The notes below the pieces were generated by a model that did no database searches, had not been told where the DNA came from, and saw nothing but the letters and a program-made list of their open reading frames with translations. The position numbers and the translations under genes were made by a program. 64,000 nucleotides of DNA from the human T2T-CHM13v2.0 reference genome, Homo sapiens. Position 1 is the stretch's first letter; every line of letters starts with the position of its first letter. The stretch lies in NCBI RefSeq assembly GCF_009914755.1, contig NC_060926.1; one strand, 5' to 3'. Below are positions 19,031 through 33,890 of this stretch, piece after piece.

Positions 19031-21325
19031 TGATATGGTTTGGCTGTGTCCCCACCCAAATCTCATCTTGAGTTGTAATCCCCTTGTGTCACAGGAGGGA
19101 CCCAGTGGAAGGTAATTAAATCATGGGGGCAGTTTCCCTCATGTTCTCATGATAGTGAGTGAGTTCTCATAAGATCTGATGGCTTTATAAGTGTCTGGCA
19201 TTTTCCCTGCTGGCACTTCTCTCTCCTGCTGCCAAGTGAAGAAGAAGGTGTTTACTTCACCTTCTGCCATGATTGTAAGTTTCCTGAGGCCTCCCTGGCC
19301 ATGCAGAACTGTGAGTCAACTAAACCTCCTTGCTTTATAAATTACCGAGTCTTGGGTATTTCTTCATAGTGGTGTAAAAATGAACTAATACAGTAAGTTG
19401 GTACTGAGGTAGTGGGGTGCTGCTATTAAAGATATCTGAAAATGTGGTAGCAACTTTGGAACTGGGTAATGGGCAGAGGCTGGAAGAGTTTGGAGGGCTC
19501 AGAAGGAGACAGGAAAATGTGGGAAAGTTTGAAACTTCCTAGAGACTTGGAGGGCTTAGAAGACAGGAAGATGTGGGGAAGTTTGGAACTTCCTGGAGAC
19601 TTGTTGAATGGTTTTGACCAAAATGCTGATAGTGATATGGGCAATGAAGTCCAGGTGGTCTCAGATGGAGATGAGGAACTTCTTGGGAAATCATCTCTTG
19701 CTATGCTTTAGCAAAGAGACGGTGGCATTTTGCCCATGCCCTAGAGATCTGTGGAACTTTGAACTTGAGATGATTTATGGTATCTGGCAGGAGAAATTTC
19801 TAAGTGCCAAAGCACTCAAGAGGTTGCAAAGCATAAAAATTTGGAAAATTTGCAGCCCGATGATGTGATAGAAATGAAAAACCATTTTCAGGGGAGAAAT
19901 TCAAGCCTGTTGCAGAAATTTGCATAAGTAAAGAGGAGCTGACTCTTAATCACCAACACAATGGGGATAATGTCTCCAGGGCATGTCAGAGACCTTTATG
20001 GCAGCCCCTCTCATCACAGGCCTGGAAGCCTAGAAGGAAAAAATGGTTTCATGGGCTGGACCCAGGTCCCCACTGCTCTTTGCAACCTCAAGACATGGTG
20101 CCCTGCATCCCAGCTGCTTCAGCTTCAGCCATGGCTAAAAAGGGCAAAGGTACAGCTCAGGCCATTGCTTGGAAGGTGCAAGCCCCAACCCTTGGCAGCT
20201 TCCACGTGGTGTTGAGCCTGCAGGTGCACAGAAGTCAAGAATTGAGGTTTGGGAACCTCTGCCTAGATTTCAGAGGATGTGTGGAAACACCTGAATGTCC
20301 AGGTAGAAGTTTGCTGCAGGGGCGGCGCCCTTATGGAGAACCTCAGTAGGGCAGTGCAAAAAGGAAATGTGGGGCTGGAACCCCTACACAGAGTCCCCAC
20401 TGGGGCACAGCCTAATGGAGCTCTGAGAAGAGTGCTGCTGTCCTTCAGACCCCAGAATGGTAGATTCACCAATAGCTTGCACTGTGAACCAGGAAAAGCT
20501 GCAGACACTCAATGCCAACCTGTGAAAGCAGCTGAGAAGGGGCTGTACCCTGAAAAGCCACAGTGACAGAGTTTCCCAAAGCCATGGGAGCCTACCTCTT
20601 GCATCAGTGTGACCCAGATATGAGACATGGAGTCAAAGGAGATCATTTTGGAACTTTAAAGTTTAATGACTTCCCTATTGGATTTTGGACTTTCATGGGG
20701 CCTATAGCCCCTTTGTTTTGGCCAATTTCTCCCATTTGGAATGGGTGTATTTACCCAATGCCTGTATTTCCATTGTATGTGGGAAGTAGCTAACTTGCTT
20801 TTGATTTTACAGGTCCATAGGCAGAAGGATCTTGCCTTGTCTCAGATGAGACTTTGAACTTGGACTTTTGGGTTAATGCTTAAATTAGTTAAGATTTTGG
20901 AGGACTGTTGGGAAGGCATGATTGTGTTTTAAAATGTGAGGACATGAGATTTGGGAGGGGCCAGTTATGGAAGGATATAGTTTGGCTGTGTCCCCACCCA
21001 AATCTCATCTTGAATTGTAATCCCCACATGTTGTGGGAGAGAGTCAGTGGGAGGTAATTGAATCATGGGGGCAGTTTCCACTATGCTGTTCTCAGGATAA
21101 TGAGTTCTCATGAGATCTGATGGTTTTATAAGTGTCTGACATTTCCCCTGCTGCCACTTCTCTCTCCTGCTGCCATGTGATGAAGGACATGTTTACTTCC
21201 CCTTCCACCATGATTATAAGTTTCCTGAGGTCTCTCTAGCCATGTAGAACTATGAGTCAATTATAAATTACAAATTATCCAGTTCTGGGTATTTCTTCAT
21301 AGCAGCATGCAAATGAATTAATACA
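19031..21325 (+). mobile_element. Complete THE1 MaLR element (LTR 19031-19392, internal region, LTR about 20973-21325)
   Basis: TGATATGGTTTGGCTGTGTCCCCACCCAAATCTC LTR starts, ..TAATACA ends, purine-rich tract before the 3' LTR, 5-bp TSD CATGC. Confidence 0.92.
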
Positions 21326-21858
21326 CATGCTATTTTGGTTACTATAGCTTTGTAGTATAATTTGAAATTCGGTAGTGTGATGCCCCCAGCTTTGTTCATT
21401 TTGCTTAATTACTTTGGCTTAGGGTTGTTTGTGGTTCCATATAAATTTTAGGATTTTTTTTCTATTTATGTGAATAATGCCATTGAAATTTTGATAGGGA
21501 TTGCATTGTGTCTCTAGATCACTTAGTTAATATGAACATTTTAACAATATTAATTCTTCCAGTCCATAAACTTGGCATATCTATTTATGTCTTCTTTATT
21601 TTCTTTCATTAATGTTTTATAGTTTTCAGTGTACAGATCTTTCACCTCCTTGGATAAATTTATTTCTAAGTGTTTTGTAAGCTATTGTAAATGAAACTGT
21701 TTTCTTAAATTTTTTCAGGTAGTTCATTGTTAGTGTATGGAAACACTACTGACTGGTGTATATTAATTCTGTATCCTGCAACTTTACTGAATTTGTTTAC
21801 TAGTTCCAGGTTTTTTGGTGGTGTATTTAGGGTTTTCTATATATAAGATTATGTTGTC

Positions 21859-22144
21859 GTCTGGGCACTGTGGCTCATGCCTGTAATCCCAGCACTTTTG
21901 GAGGCTGAGGCAGATGGATCACGAGGTCAGGAGATCTAGACCATCCTGGCCAACATGGTGAAACCCTGTCTCTACTAAAAATACAAAAATTAGCTGGACG
22001 TGGTGCTGCACGCCTGTAGTCCCAGCTACTCAGGAAGATGAGGCAGGAGAATTGCATGAACCTGGGAGGCAGAGATTGCAGTGAGCCAAGATCACACCAC
22101 CACACTCTAGCCTGGGTGACAGAGCAAGACTGTGTCTGAAAAAA
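21859..22144 (+). mobile_element. Alu (AluS)
   Basis: Dimeric Alu; TSD AAGAT(T)ATGTTGTC. Confidence 0.9.
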
Positions 22145-22239
22145 GATATGTTGTCAAAAAACATGATTTTCACTTCTTCCTTTTATATTTTGATGCCTTT
22201 TACTCCTTTCTCTCTCTCTCTTTCTTTTCTTTCTTTCTT

Positions 22240-22273
<34 letters not shown>

Positions 22274-24909
22274 CTCATTGCTCTGGCCAGGACTTCACCA
22301 GTATTATATGTTGAAAAGAAATGAGACTGGGCATCCATGTCTTGTTCCTGATATTAGAGAAAAAGCTTTCAACTTTTCACCACTGAGTATGATGTTAGCT
22401 GTGGGCTTGTCATATATGGCCTTTATTGTGTTGAGTTGAGGTACATTACTTCTATGCCTAATTTGTTGAGAATTTTTATCATGAAAAGATGTTGAATTTT
22501 GTCCAGGATTTTTTCTACATCTATTGAGATGATCATATCATGTTTGTCCTTCATTCTGTTAATGTGATATAGCACATTTTTTGACTTGTGTATGATGAAC
22601 CATTCTTGCATCCCAGGGATAAATCCCACTTGATCATGGTGAATGCTCCTTTTAATGTGCTATTGAATTCAGTTTGCTGGTATTTTGTTGAGGATTTTTG
22701 CATCTAAGTTCATCAGACATATTGGCCTGTAACTTTCTTTTCTTGTAGTGTCCTTGTCTAAACGTTTTATGTTTTTACTGCTTTTCCAATGCTTACTTGT
22801 AATCTGGATCACCTGAAAGACTGAGCAGCTGGTGGGCTTGCAGATAGAACCACAAATGAGAGCTGGGTTCAGCCTGAGCTCAGATATGAAAAGAGGATGG
22901 TAGAAAACCACCACCCTTCTTCTGATTCTATTTTAAAAACTGTGGGCTCAAACACATTCTCATGCCAGACTGCAAGGTTATTTTAACTTTAGAAAATTAA
23001 ATGTTATGAATTAAATTGTATCAGTGATAACAAAACATCTGGCTTATGGTTCGATTCCTTTAAGACCGGCACCTAATTGCCTTAAAATGTTCAAAAATAC
23101 TTGGATGCATCAAGTATTTTCCCTACACCTTCAGAAATATCCCTGGTTCTCTAAGTCTCTATAAAGTTCTTCCTTGTTCCCCCTACATCATTATATTCAC
23201 CCTGCCTCTTTACCTCTGTTTCCTTGTCTATTTTCTCTCTTATTGGATTGTTAGAGAATAACGGAGGAGGATGGAGAGAAACAAAAGAGATATAACAAGT
23301 ATGGTATAGGGATCATGTCTCCACATATGGCCTTGCAAAAAGCTATTTCTTCTATCTGTGTAGTTTTTGGAGAACATTGGACTTCTCAGTGGAAAAATGA
23401 GACCTAAACTCCATGCTTCTTAACTTTTTGGGGTAGGTCACAGAATTCCCTTGAAACATTAAAGAAAGCTTTGAACTTGTTACTCAGAAAGCTATCTAGC
23501 TGCTAGCTTGTCCAATTTGCATACAATTCCTAAAGCCCTTCCCTGGAGGATGAAGCTCAGCCTTCTGCAGTGCTGTCTCACCTGTGAGAAGGAACCCACA
23601 GTGGGTATTAACTAGCTCTCTTGGAGGCAGGGGTAGTCTTCTATCCTGGAGCCCTTGCCCTGTAAGGCACATATCAGAACACTGAAGCTAAATAATGCAT
23701 GTGAAAAAGACAACTTCTGCTCTCCCCATTTCATCCACCCCCTGTACAAGGAATCAGCTTCCACTAGTAAAGGGGGATGATTTTAGATTAGATGATACCA
23801 GAGCTGAAAACACAAATGTACTTAACCTTAATTAACACACTTGATTACACCTTCCCCTTCTCAGCATTAACTCCAGTAGGTCTTTAGCCATGCCAGGGTG
23901 ACTAAACCCCCAACCAAAAAACAAACAAAAAAAAAAAAAAAAACAACAACCATGTTTTCCAAATAGCAATAGCAATTGTGCCTTATGTTATGATCATACC
24001 CAAGAGCTTAGGAAGACTACATTCTGTAGTGGCTATAATTACACTAAGGGGAAAGTTTATTTTCTTCAAGCCTAGCAGTGTTCTCCTTTTGTTTTTACAA
24101 GAAAATCTCCTTAAGAAACATCTAAGAAAATCTTCTGTTTTAGGTTCTAAAATAAGCCAGCCACATTTGTTTACTTCGGGGGCTATTTTGATTAGTTATC
24201 TCCTTAAAGTGCCTTGAAGAGAAATAAGACTTGTGCTTGGTTAGCTCACTAAACCTTGGACAGACAGAATAAAGCCCCAGGTGTTCTAAGCCCTGATCTG
24301 CAAGATCTGGTGAGAAATTGTACTTTCCAGTTATAATCCAGATGACCTTCAAGCTTAACTGGAAAGTTCTCAGTGTCTTCTCCTCAGATGTGGTAGGACT
24401 TGAGTCGCTGTTAGGATTAATGTGGTCCACTGACACCAACTTTGTAAAGCGTCTTGCTATAGTCAGTGTGTGACCCTTGTGGTCACAACACAAAGTGGTA
24501 AGTTCCACAAATGATTAAGGAACTATCCTCCTCCTTTCCAATATTTTTCTATTTCTTCTTCCTAAGACATTTATCTGACAACATTAGAGGATTGAAGGTT
24601 TGTAGGTTTTTTTCTGTGGCAGCTGGCATTTTTTAGAGGGGTGGGAAGAGATGGGTGCCATGAAGTTGACCTTTACTGAGGGCCTACTCTGTACCACTGT
24701 CTCCTTCAGTCCTCACAATGAGCCTGTGATAGAGGTAAGGTTCTTCCTGGTGGGAGATTAGAGATGGGGACCCAGCTTGGAGGTGGAGCTAATCTTTAAC
24801 GTGCTCTGAGCCTTGGTTTCCTCCTTCCTTCCTTACATGGTTGCTGCTATAACTGAGTAGGACTGTGTGTGGAGCCACCTAGCCAAGTGCTAGACATATG
24901 TCAAGAACT

Positions 24910-25426
24910 ATGAAGGGTCTGAGATTTTACCCTGCCTGCAGGCTAACAGGTCAGCCCGCCATTGCCGGATGCTGGCAGAAGACATGAGGCTCTTGGATTG
25001 GAATTGAAAGACTTTGCTACACAGTGTGAGCCTCAGCTATGGATCGGTTCCCCTTTCACTCAAAGTCCGACAGGAGTGATTTGGATGGTTCTGATGGATT
25101 TGCATCACAGAAGAGAACTCCTAGATTAGGGAATCTGAATCCCTTTTGCCTAGTGTTGGACAGTAAACAAGCCTTCCTTCTGTTCTTATTTTTTGTATTA
25201 TTATATTACGCATTTCTTACATTATAAAAGAAGCCTGCATCTTTTATAATGGGTTGCAAGCAAGTTTACCCTCTCTTCCACTGGCAGATAGTGTCTCTAT
25301 CTTCCAGAGCTGTTTGCTGTACAAACGTCCTTGAAAAACTGGTTTATAACAAAGGTTGCCAGAATCTTTGCTAGCAAAATGTGCAGGAATGCAAGAAACT
25401 CGCAAGAGAATTATCTCTCCTAAACA
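24910..25426 (-). mobile_element. Old ERVL-type LTR (LTR40-like)
   Basis: On the - strand it begins TGTTTAGGAGAGATAATTCTC and ends GGTAAAATCTCAGACCCTTCA, resembling recalled LTR40 termini. Confidence 0.45.
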
Positions 25427-27486
25427 TTTCTTTATTCAATAGATGTTTATTGAGTATTTACTGTATACCATATATCACACCAGGTGCTAGGGACTTCAGT
25501 GGACAGAATACTCAAGGTCCCTACCCTCGTAGAGTGTTGGTCATGACACAATATTCTGAATGACATCTCCAAATTCATGCCCCAATATCAGAGTACTTAT
25601 GGGAATAGTGGGACAGAATATTTAAAATTGAAACCTCATGAGAAATTTCAGTACATTGTCCCTATGCACACAGTAGGTGATCAATCAAGGTCTGAGCATT
25701 TGTTGTCTGGCAGATTTGATCCTTAGTTAATTTTGAATGGAACAGCCCTAGACTCTATAAAGGCATTTAGGTAAATTCATCTTTCAGGTCATGTTTTAGC
25801 ATGGTGGAAAGAAACCCTGTGGTCCTGGAACCACAGAGACTGGGCAGGCGCCTTGGTTCTGCCTTTCCCTGCATGTGTGGCCTTGTTTATAGAGTTCCCT
25901 CTCTCCAGCCTCTGTATTCAGAGCACTTCTCCTTGCACAACAGGACTAGAAAGTGCCAGGTAGTACTGGTTGTGTGGATTCAACAATTCATATTCTCACC
26001 TTCCTGATGAGCAGATTCTAAATCCAGGGTCAGAGGCCTCTTGACCATGAGTGATCATCAGACACGTGTGCAGAGGGGGCATTGAGGGCCAAAGGCTGAG
26101 GAGAGACAAGAGGAAAGAGGGAGACTCTGGGTGCCCCCAGAGCTGGTTGCTAGAGGCCCCAAGAATTGCCTGAGGAGCCATAGATGCCCACTCTGCAAAG
26201 CTCCCCAACATAAATATGACCTTTAAAATCGATTCTGTAGGAACCCATTCAGATCAATCACTTCTACTCAAAGATGCAGAGTAACATGTAGGGGTTAAGA
26301 GTGTGGACTCTCCTTCAAATTACCCAAGTTTCACTTTCAGCTCTAACAATAAGCAACTGTGCGACTTTGGACAAAGGTATCTCACCTTTCATAGTGGTTT
26401 CTCAGCTGTGAAGTGGGGATAATACAATTCCTTAATGGTCTGGTGTGAGGAAGAATGAAAGTCATCCATTGCAGGCATGCAGCACAGTATCTGTTTCATA
26501 GCAGCTTCTCAGGAGTTGTACTGCTTCCTGTTTGTTTCTGTTGGTTTCCTAATAGACATTACCCATTGAACTGAAAGAACCAGCCTAGTCATCTCCTAGC
26601 AAAAAAAAAAAAATAATAATAATAATAATAATAATCACCCACAATTGGCTCATTTTCTTTGGGGCTGTTTCTGGAAAGATTCCATTGCCTTACAGCATCA
26701 CTCTGCACAGGCTATGCCAGGCTCAGGCTGAAAATCTGTGAACACAGGGCTTCTAGCAAGCAGACACCTTGACGGACCACAGGTGGACCCTGCTCAATAC
26801 TGCAGTGGTAGAGCCGGGTGTGTTTCAAATGAACCGATTTAATCAGACTTGCCTTTTCTGTTTCTCTTCCTCCAGGATCTCTTTTAACTGAACTTACCCC
26901 TTCAATTTGCTTACTTCAATAGCTTAACGAGGATTTGGAATTTCATTACACAGTGGAGGAACTCAAGTGCTTGGAAGGTCATTTAGGTCAGCAGAGAAAT
27001 GGCTGGAAAAGTGCCTATTACTGAGCTTAGTGGGAGAAAAATAACAAAATCACTTTCCACTTCCTTTCATGCTCTGATGATGTTTTTTCTCTCCCAAAAA
27101 GGGATTGCTAAGTATTCACGGGGTGATTTCAGGATGCCACGTTTTGTCATTCAGACTTTCTCTGGTGACTTGATGAGAGTCTACAAAGATGTGGACGGGT
27201 CAGTATTATCTCTTGTAAATGGAAAAAGTGATGTGCAGCTCCCACTGCCTGGGGACTGGGAAACCTTGGAATGGCTCATTAAAGAGGGGCTCTGGCTGGC
27301 AGGCCAGTTCTCAGCTGCCTCTTCAGAGAGTACGTGTTTGCCATCCCAGATGAGGGGGATACTGTTTGTTCTCTTTCCCTCCAAGTAGCAGGTGGGGAGG
27401 ATGCTGGATGTATACTGGCAAAGGAAAGGACTCTCTGTCCTCATCTCCATGATCTGTTTTTGGGCTGGCTGAATGATTTTCCAAAT

Positions 27487-27976
27487 GTAGGATAAACACA
27501 TCTGACACAGTAACTGAAGCATGCCCATAGAATGACCCTATATGGCAGATGCACATGAATGTGTTTCGAGCTAGAGAATCCAGCAGTGGCCAACCTGCAG
27601 ATTCATTCCTTGTCTCTGAGGAACAACAACTGAGCCCCCGTCCCATCCCATCCTGTGGGACCTGGGCCATACAGGGGATTCAGGCCCTGAGTTTTGGGTT
27701 ACACGAAGGTTTCCAGGTGGAGGTTGTTAAGAGGAGGGTGTTCAGTGAAAATGCAATATAAACTACATGCTGTTTGCAAGCGGTTGTGGTTTTCTTGTCC
27801 AGCCCACCACTGAAGGCAAGACAGTTCTCCTGCCCAGCCCACCACTACTGGACTCTCTCCCCTGTATGTAAGCCCCTGATAAAACCCCATGTCTCATTTG
27901 CTGGCTCTTGGTCTCTTCTTCAGTCTCTTGAACCTGGTGCCTCCCCAACTGAAGTTCATAAGGGTTCACTACAACA
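27487..27976. mobile_element. Old LTR (MER54-like)
   Basis: TG...CA ends; AAAACCCCATGTCTCATTTGCTGGCTCT..CTCTTGAACCTGGTGCC motif. Confidence 0.55.
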
Positions 27977-29305
27977 CAAATAGTTAGATCCAGGGAGTGC
28001 TGGGGGGAGTAGAAGAAGATGCAGGATCTGAAGGTAGTATCAAGAACGAGGAGTCTTGAGTTTGTGAGAGCCAGGCCAGTAGAGCCCCTTGCACTCACTC
28101 AGCTTTGGCCACCCTGATGCAGGTGACAGGAGGCAAGTGCATCAGCCATGAACCGCATCAAGTGCCCACAGTTGAGTGGTCATCCTGATAGTTGCTTCTA
28201 GTTGTGCCTGGGAGAAAAGCTAGACACAGTCGTTGCTGGGAGGCTCTGTGTCTGTCCGTGCAGCAGTACCTGAGGCCATCCCTGGCAGCGTTCCGAGGGG
28301 GAAGAGAAATAGGTCACTCTGCTGTAACAATACACCATTAGTGATAGATATTTACTGGGCACCCACTAGGTGCCTGTGCTGTTGCCAGGTAGGTAGGAAG
28401 ACACTGCCTTTGTTCAGCTTGACCTGGGACGGGAGAGCCAGACATCGGGCAAATAGTCACACAAATCACTGCAAAGGAGGAAAACATGGCACCAAACAGG
28501 GAGCCGTGGTTGAGTCTGGAGGATCAGGGAAGATGGCTCTGGGAGGACTGGTGGTCTTTAAGCTGAGACCCAAAAGGTAAACAGGAGTTAACCAACAAAT
28601 GGAGGTGAAAGGTGTGGAGAGTAATGCCGGAGACTCCTTAATTTGAAGGTAGTTATGATCACAAAGGCATTTACAGTCAGTTTTCTTTTTATAAAGCTGG
28701 ACAGTGCAGAATTATCACCTAATTTAAACTGAATCTGTTTACCACAGTAATTATGCAATCTCTTGCAATATTCATGTTTACAGGCTGTCTCTCTAGCTGT
28801 AACCTTTTTGAGGGGCAAGATTGAGTCTGTTCTATTAGTGGTCCTAGTCCCAGCCTCAAGCCCGCTCCATGTGTACGGAATAGGTGAATGCATATGCCAG
28901 GCAGTAGTGCTGGGCCCAATCAGGCATTCCCAATTCATTGGCAGGACATCCTTAGCTGGGGAGAGGACTTTCATCACCCAGCATCATAGCTGGGGAAACG
29001 GGCTTAGACAGGCAGAGGCACTTTCCCCATGGTCTTGGGACTCCAGCCTAGGTCTGACACCAAGGCTCCCGCTCTTAATCGCCCCCCTTCCTGTTTATAT
29101 CATATTATTTGAGGTCGTGGGGACCATCATTCTCTCTCCTTGACGAATCTTCGGATATTATTTTAACCTACAGTTTCAGTGACCTTTTCACCTAACATTG
29201 TTTGATGGGTTATGGTATAAATGCATTTTGAATGAAGTTGGAGGAGAGGTTCTGGACAAGACTGGAATAACCTCCCATTGCTTTAATCATACAGTATTAT
29301 AGTTT

Positions 29306-29343
29306 GTCTATGGCCATACCACCCTGAATGCATCTGATCTCAT
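29306..29343 (+). pseudogene. 5S rRNA 5' fragment retropseudogene (tailless)
   Basis: GTCTATGGCCATACCACCCTGAATGCATCTGATCTCAT versus 5S GTCTACGGCCATACCACCCTGAACGCGCCCGATCTCGT; flanked by AGTATTATA(G/T)TTT duplication. Confidence 0.85.
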
Positions 29344-32284
29344 AAGTATTATATTTTACTTATTTACTTAAATTAATAAAGTTAATTTTTTAGAGCAGTT
29401 TTAGGTTCCCAGCAAAATTGAATGGAAAGTATAGAGAGTTGCCATATACTCCCCACCCCCACACACATACAACCTCCCCCACCATCAACATCCCACACCA
29501 TAGCAGCACATTTGTTAAAATTGACAAACCCACATGGACAGTGACAATAATTATCATGAAAAGTCCATAGTTTACATGAGGGTTCACTCTTTGTGTTCAC
29601 ATTCTATAGGTTTGGACAAATGTATAATGATATGTATCCACCACTGTAGTTATCATACAGAGTAGTTTTTCTGCCCTAAAAATCCTTTGTGCTTTGCTTA
29701 CTTGTCCCAACCTCTAGCAACCACTGACTCTTTATTGTCTCAGTTGTTTTGCCTTTTCCAGAATGTCATACAATTGGAATAATACAGTATATACCCTTTT
29801 CAGATTTGTTTTTCTTTTTACTGAGTAATATGTAGCTTTCTCATTGCCTTTCCATGGCTTGATAGCTCTTTTCTGTTTGTCACTGAATAATATTTCACTG
29901 TCTGGATGTACCACAGTTCATCCATCCACTTACTGAAGGACATCTTGGTTGTTTCCAGGTTTTGGCAATTACGAATAAAGCTGCACTGCCATAAACATCT
30001 GTGTGCAGGTTTTTGTGTGGACATTAAGTTTTTAACTCCTTTGGGTAAATACCAGGGATCACGATTGCTGCATTGTATGGTAAAAGTATGCTTAGTTTTG
30101 TAAGAAGTCACAAAACAGTCTTCCAAAGTGGCTCTACCATTTTCCATTCCCACCAGCAATAAATGAGGGTTCCTGTTGGTCCACATCCTTACCAGCATTT
30201 GGTGCTGTCAGCATTCTGGATTTTGACTATTCTAGTAGGCGTGTAGTGTTATCTCACTGTTTTAGTTTCACATTTCCCTGATGACATATGCTGTGGACCA
30301 TCTTTTCAAATGTTGATATGCCATCTGTATATCTTCTTTGAGGTGTCTATTAACGTTTCTGGCCCATTTTTTAAATGGGTTGTTCATGCTCTCATTGAAT
30401 TTTAAGAGTTCTTTGTGTATTTTGGATAACAGTATTTTATCTGATAAGTCTTTTGCAAATATTTTCTCCCAGACTGCGGCTTATCTTTCGATCATCTTGT
30501 CAGTGTCTTTTACAGAGCAGATTTTTGTTGTTGTTTTTGATGAAGTCTAGCATGTCAATTCTTTCTTTACTGGATTGTGCCTTTAGTATTGCATCTGAGA
30601 AGTCATCACCAAACCCAAGGTCATCTAATTTTTTTTCCTATGCTATCTTTTAGGAGTTTCATAGTTTTGCATTTTACATTTAGCCTGTGATCCATTTGCA
30701 GTTAATTTTTGTGAAGGGTGTAAGGTCTAGTTCTAGATTAATTTTTCTTTTCCAATGAATATCTAGTTGTTAAAGCACTATTTGTTGAGTAGACTGTCTT
30801 TTCTCTGTTTATTGCCTTTCCTCCTTCATCAAAGGTCAGTTGACTGTATTTATGTGGGTTTATTTCTGGGCTCTCCTTTCTGTTCCATTGATCTATTGTC
30901 ACTATTTTTTCACCAATGCCTCTGTCTTATTTACTGAAGCTTTATAGTGTGTCCTCAAGTCAAGTAGTTATAATCCTCCAAAATTCTTTTCCTTCAATAT
31001 TATGTTGGCTATTCTAGGTCTTTTGCTTCTCCATATAAACTTTAGAATTAGTTTGTCAATATCCACAAAATAACTTCCTGGAGTTTTGATCAGAACTGCA
31101 TTGAATCAAGTTGGAAAGAACTCACATCTTGACCTGATTGAGTCTTCCCATCCATGAACAAGAATATCTCTCAATTTATGTGGTTCTTTGATTTATTTCA
31201 TTAGAGTCTTACAGTTTTCTTCATACAGATCTTCTACATATTTTGTTAGATTTATGCCTATTTCATTTTTCAGATACTAGTGTAAATGGCATCATTTTTA
31301 CTTGTGCATTGTTAATGTACAAGAAAATGTTCAATTTTTTTTGTATTAACTCTTATCCTGCAACCCTGCTATAATCACTTATTATAATAGTTCAAAGGGT
31401 TTTTTTTTTTTTTGGTTGATTCTTTCAGATTTTCCACATAGATAATCATGTGACGCGTGAGAAAAAGGCAGTTTTGTTTCTTCCTTCCCAATCTGTACAA
31501 TTTTTATTTCCTTTTCTTGTCTTATTGCATTAGTTAGGACTTTTGAATATGATCTTGAAAAGCAGTGGTGAGGAGGAATATCCCTGCCTTGTTCCTGACC
31601 TCAGTGAGAAGCTCATTAAGTGTGATGGCAGCTGTAGGTTTTTTGGTAGATATTCTGTACCAAGTCGATGAAGTCCCCCTCCCTCTATTCCTACTTAAGA
31701 GTTTCTTTTAAAAAATCATGAGTAGGTGTTGGATTTTGTAAAAATGCTGTTTTTGTATCTATTATTATTATATATTTTTTCTTTTTTAGCCTATTGATGT
31801 GTTAGATTATATTAATTGATTTTTGAATGTTGAACAAGAATTGCATACCTGGGATAAATTCCACTTGATTGTGGTGTATAATTCTTTTTTTTTGTACATT
31901 GTTAGATTAATTTGCTAATATTTGTTGAGAATTTTTGTATCCATGTTCATGAGATATTGATCTGTAGTTTTCTTGTCTTTGTCTGATTTGGGTATTAGGA
32001 TAATGCTGCCTCATAGAATGTGTTAGAAAATATTCCCTTCTGTTTCTATTTCCTGAAAGAGATTGTTGAGAATTGGTATAATTTCTTCCTTAAAATGTTT
32101 AATAGAGTTTTCCAGTGAATCGATCTGGGCTTGGTGTTCTCTGTTTTGAAAGGTTATTAATTATTAATTCACTGTATTTAGTAGCTATGGGCCTATTCAG
32201 ATTTTCTATTTCTTCTTGTGTGAGTTTTGGCAGCTTATGTCTCTCAAGCTTGTGTCTTTGAAGGGATTGGTCCATTTCATCTAA

Positions 32285-32626
<342 letters not shown>

Positions 32627-33890
32627 TCCTTTGTCCATTTAATGTCCATGGGATCTATAGTGTTATCTCCTCTTTCATTTCTGGTATTTATAATTTGTTA
32701 GATTTTTTCTTAGCCTGGCTAGAGTTTATTAATTTTCTTTTTTTATTTAAAGAACCTGCTTTTGGTTTCATTGGTCTTCTCTATGGATTTCCTGTTTTCA
32801 CACATTGATTTCTGCTCTAATTTTTATTTTTCTTCTGCTTATTTTGGATTTAATTTGCCCTTGTTTTTCATCAGTTTCCTCAGGTGAAAGCTTGGATTAA
32901 TGATTTTAGATAGTTGTTCTAATATATATAAATATATAAAGTGTTATAAATTTTCATCTAAGTACTATTTTGCAGCATCACACAAATTTTGATGTTTTCA
33001 TTTTCATTTAGTTGAAAATATTTTAAAATTTTCCTCAATTTTTTTCTTTGACCCATGTGTCATTTCAAAGTGTTTTTTAAGTCTCCAAGTATTTGAGAAT
33101 TTTTTATTCTTTTTGTGGAAAAAAAAAAAACAGACCTTGCATGCTTTCTCTTCTTTTAAATTTGTTAAAATGTGTTTTATGGCCAAATGTGGTCTGTCTT
33201 GGTGAATGTTCTAGGTGAGCTTGAGAGGAATGTGTAATCTACTGTTGTAGGTTGTGTAGTACTATAGATGTCAATTATATCATGTGATTGATGGTGTTGT
33301 TGAGTTCAACTATGTCTTGTTGAGTTCATCTATGTCTTTACTGATTTTCTACCTGCTCTATTTGTCCATTTATCATAGAGAAGTGTTGAAGTCTCCAACT
33401 ATAATAATGAAGTCATCTGTTCCTTCTTGCAGTTCTATCAGTTTTTGCCTCACATATTTTGGTTTTGTTTTTAAGCACATACACATTAAAAATTGTTATG
33501 TCTTCTTGGAATACTGACTTTATCATTGTGTAATGTTCCCCTCTGTCTCTGATAACTTTCCTTGCTTTGAAGTTTGCTCTGCCTGAAATGAAATTAGCTA
33601 CTCCCTCTTTCTTTTGGTTAGTGTTAGCATGGTATATCTTTTTCCATCCCTTTACGTTTAATCTATATGTGTCTTTATGTTTAAAGTGGGTTTCTTGTAG
33701 ACAACATATAGTTGTCTTGTTTTTTTATCCACTCTGACAATCTCTTTTAGCTAATGCCTTTAGACCATTGATGTTTGGAGTGATTACTGACATAAATAAA
33801 TATTTACCATATTTGTTACTGTTTCCTATTTGTTGTCCTTTTTCTTTGTTCCTGTTTTTCTCTTGCACTCTTTTTCTGCCCCTTGTAGGT

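Noticed and set aside
23041-23075. GGTTCGATTCC resembling a tRNA T-loop or Pol III B-box
   Set aside because: No cloverleaf stems or A-box at a suitable spacing could be seen
23094-23120. Near-perfect 27-bp palindrome AAAATACTTGGATGCATCAAGTATTTT
   Set aside because: Short, AT-rich and isolated; no transposon ends or miRNA-length stem
26999-29143. Cluster of 110-130 aa ORFs
   Set aside because: They overlap on both strands, partly inside an old LTR, and show no protein motifs; consistent with chance ORFs
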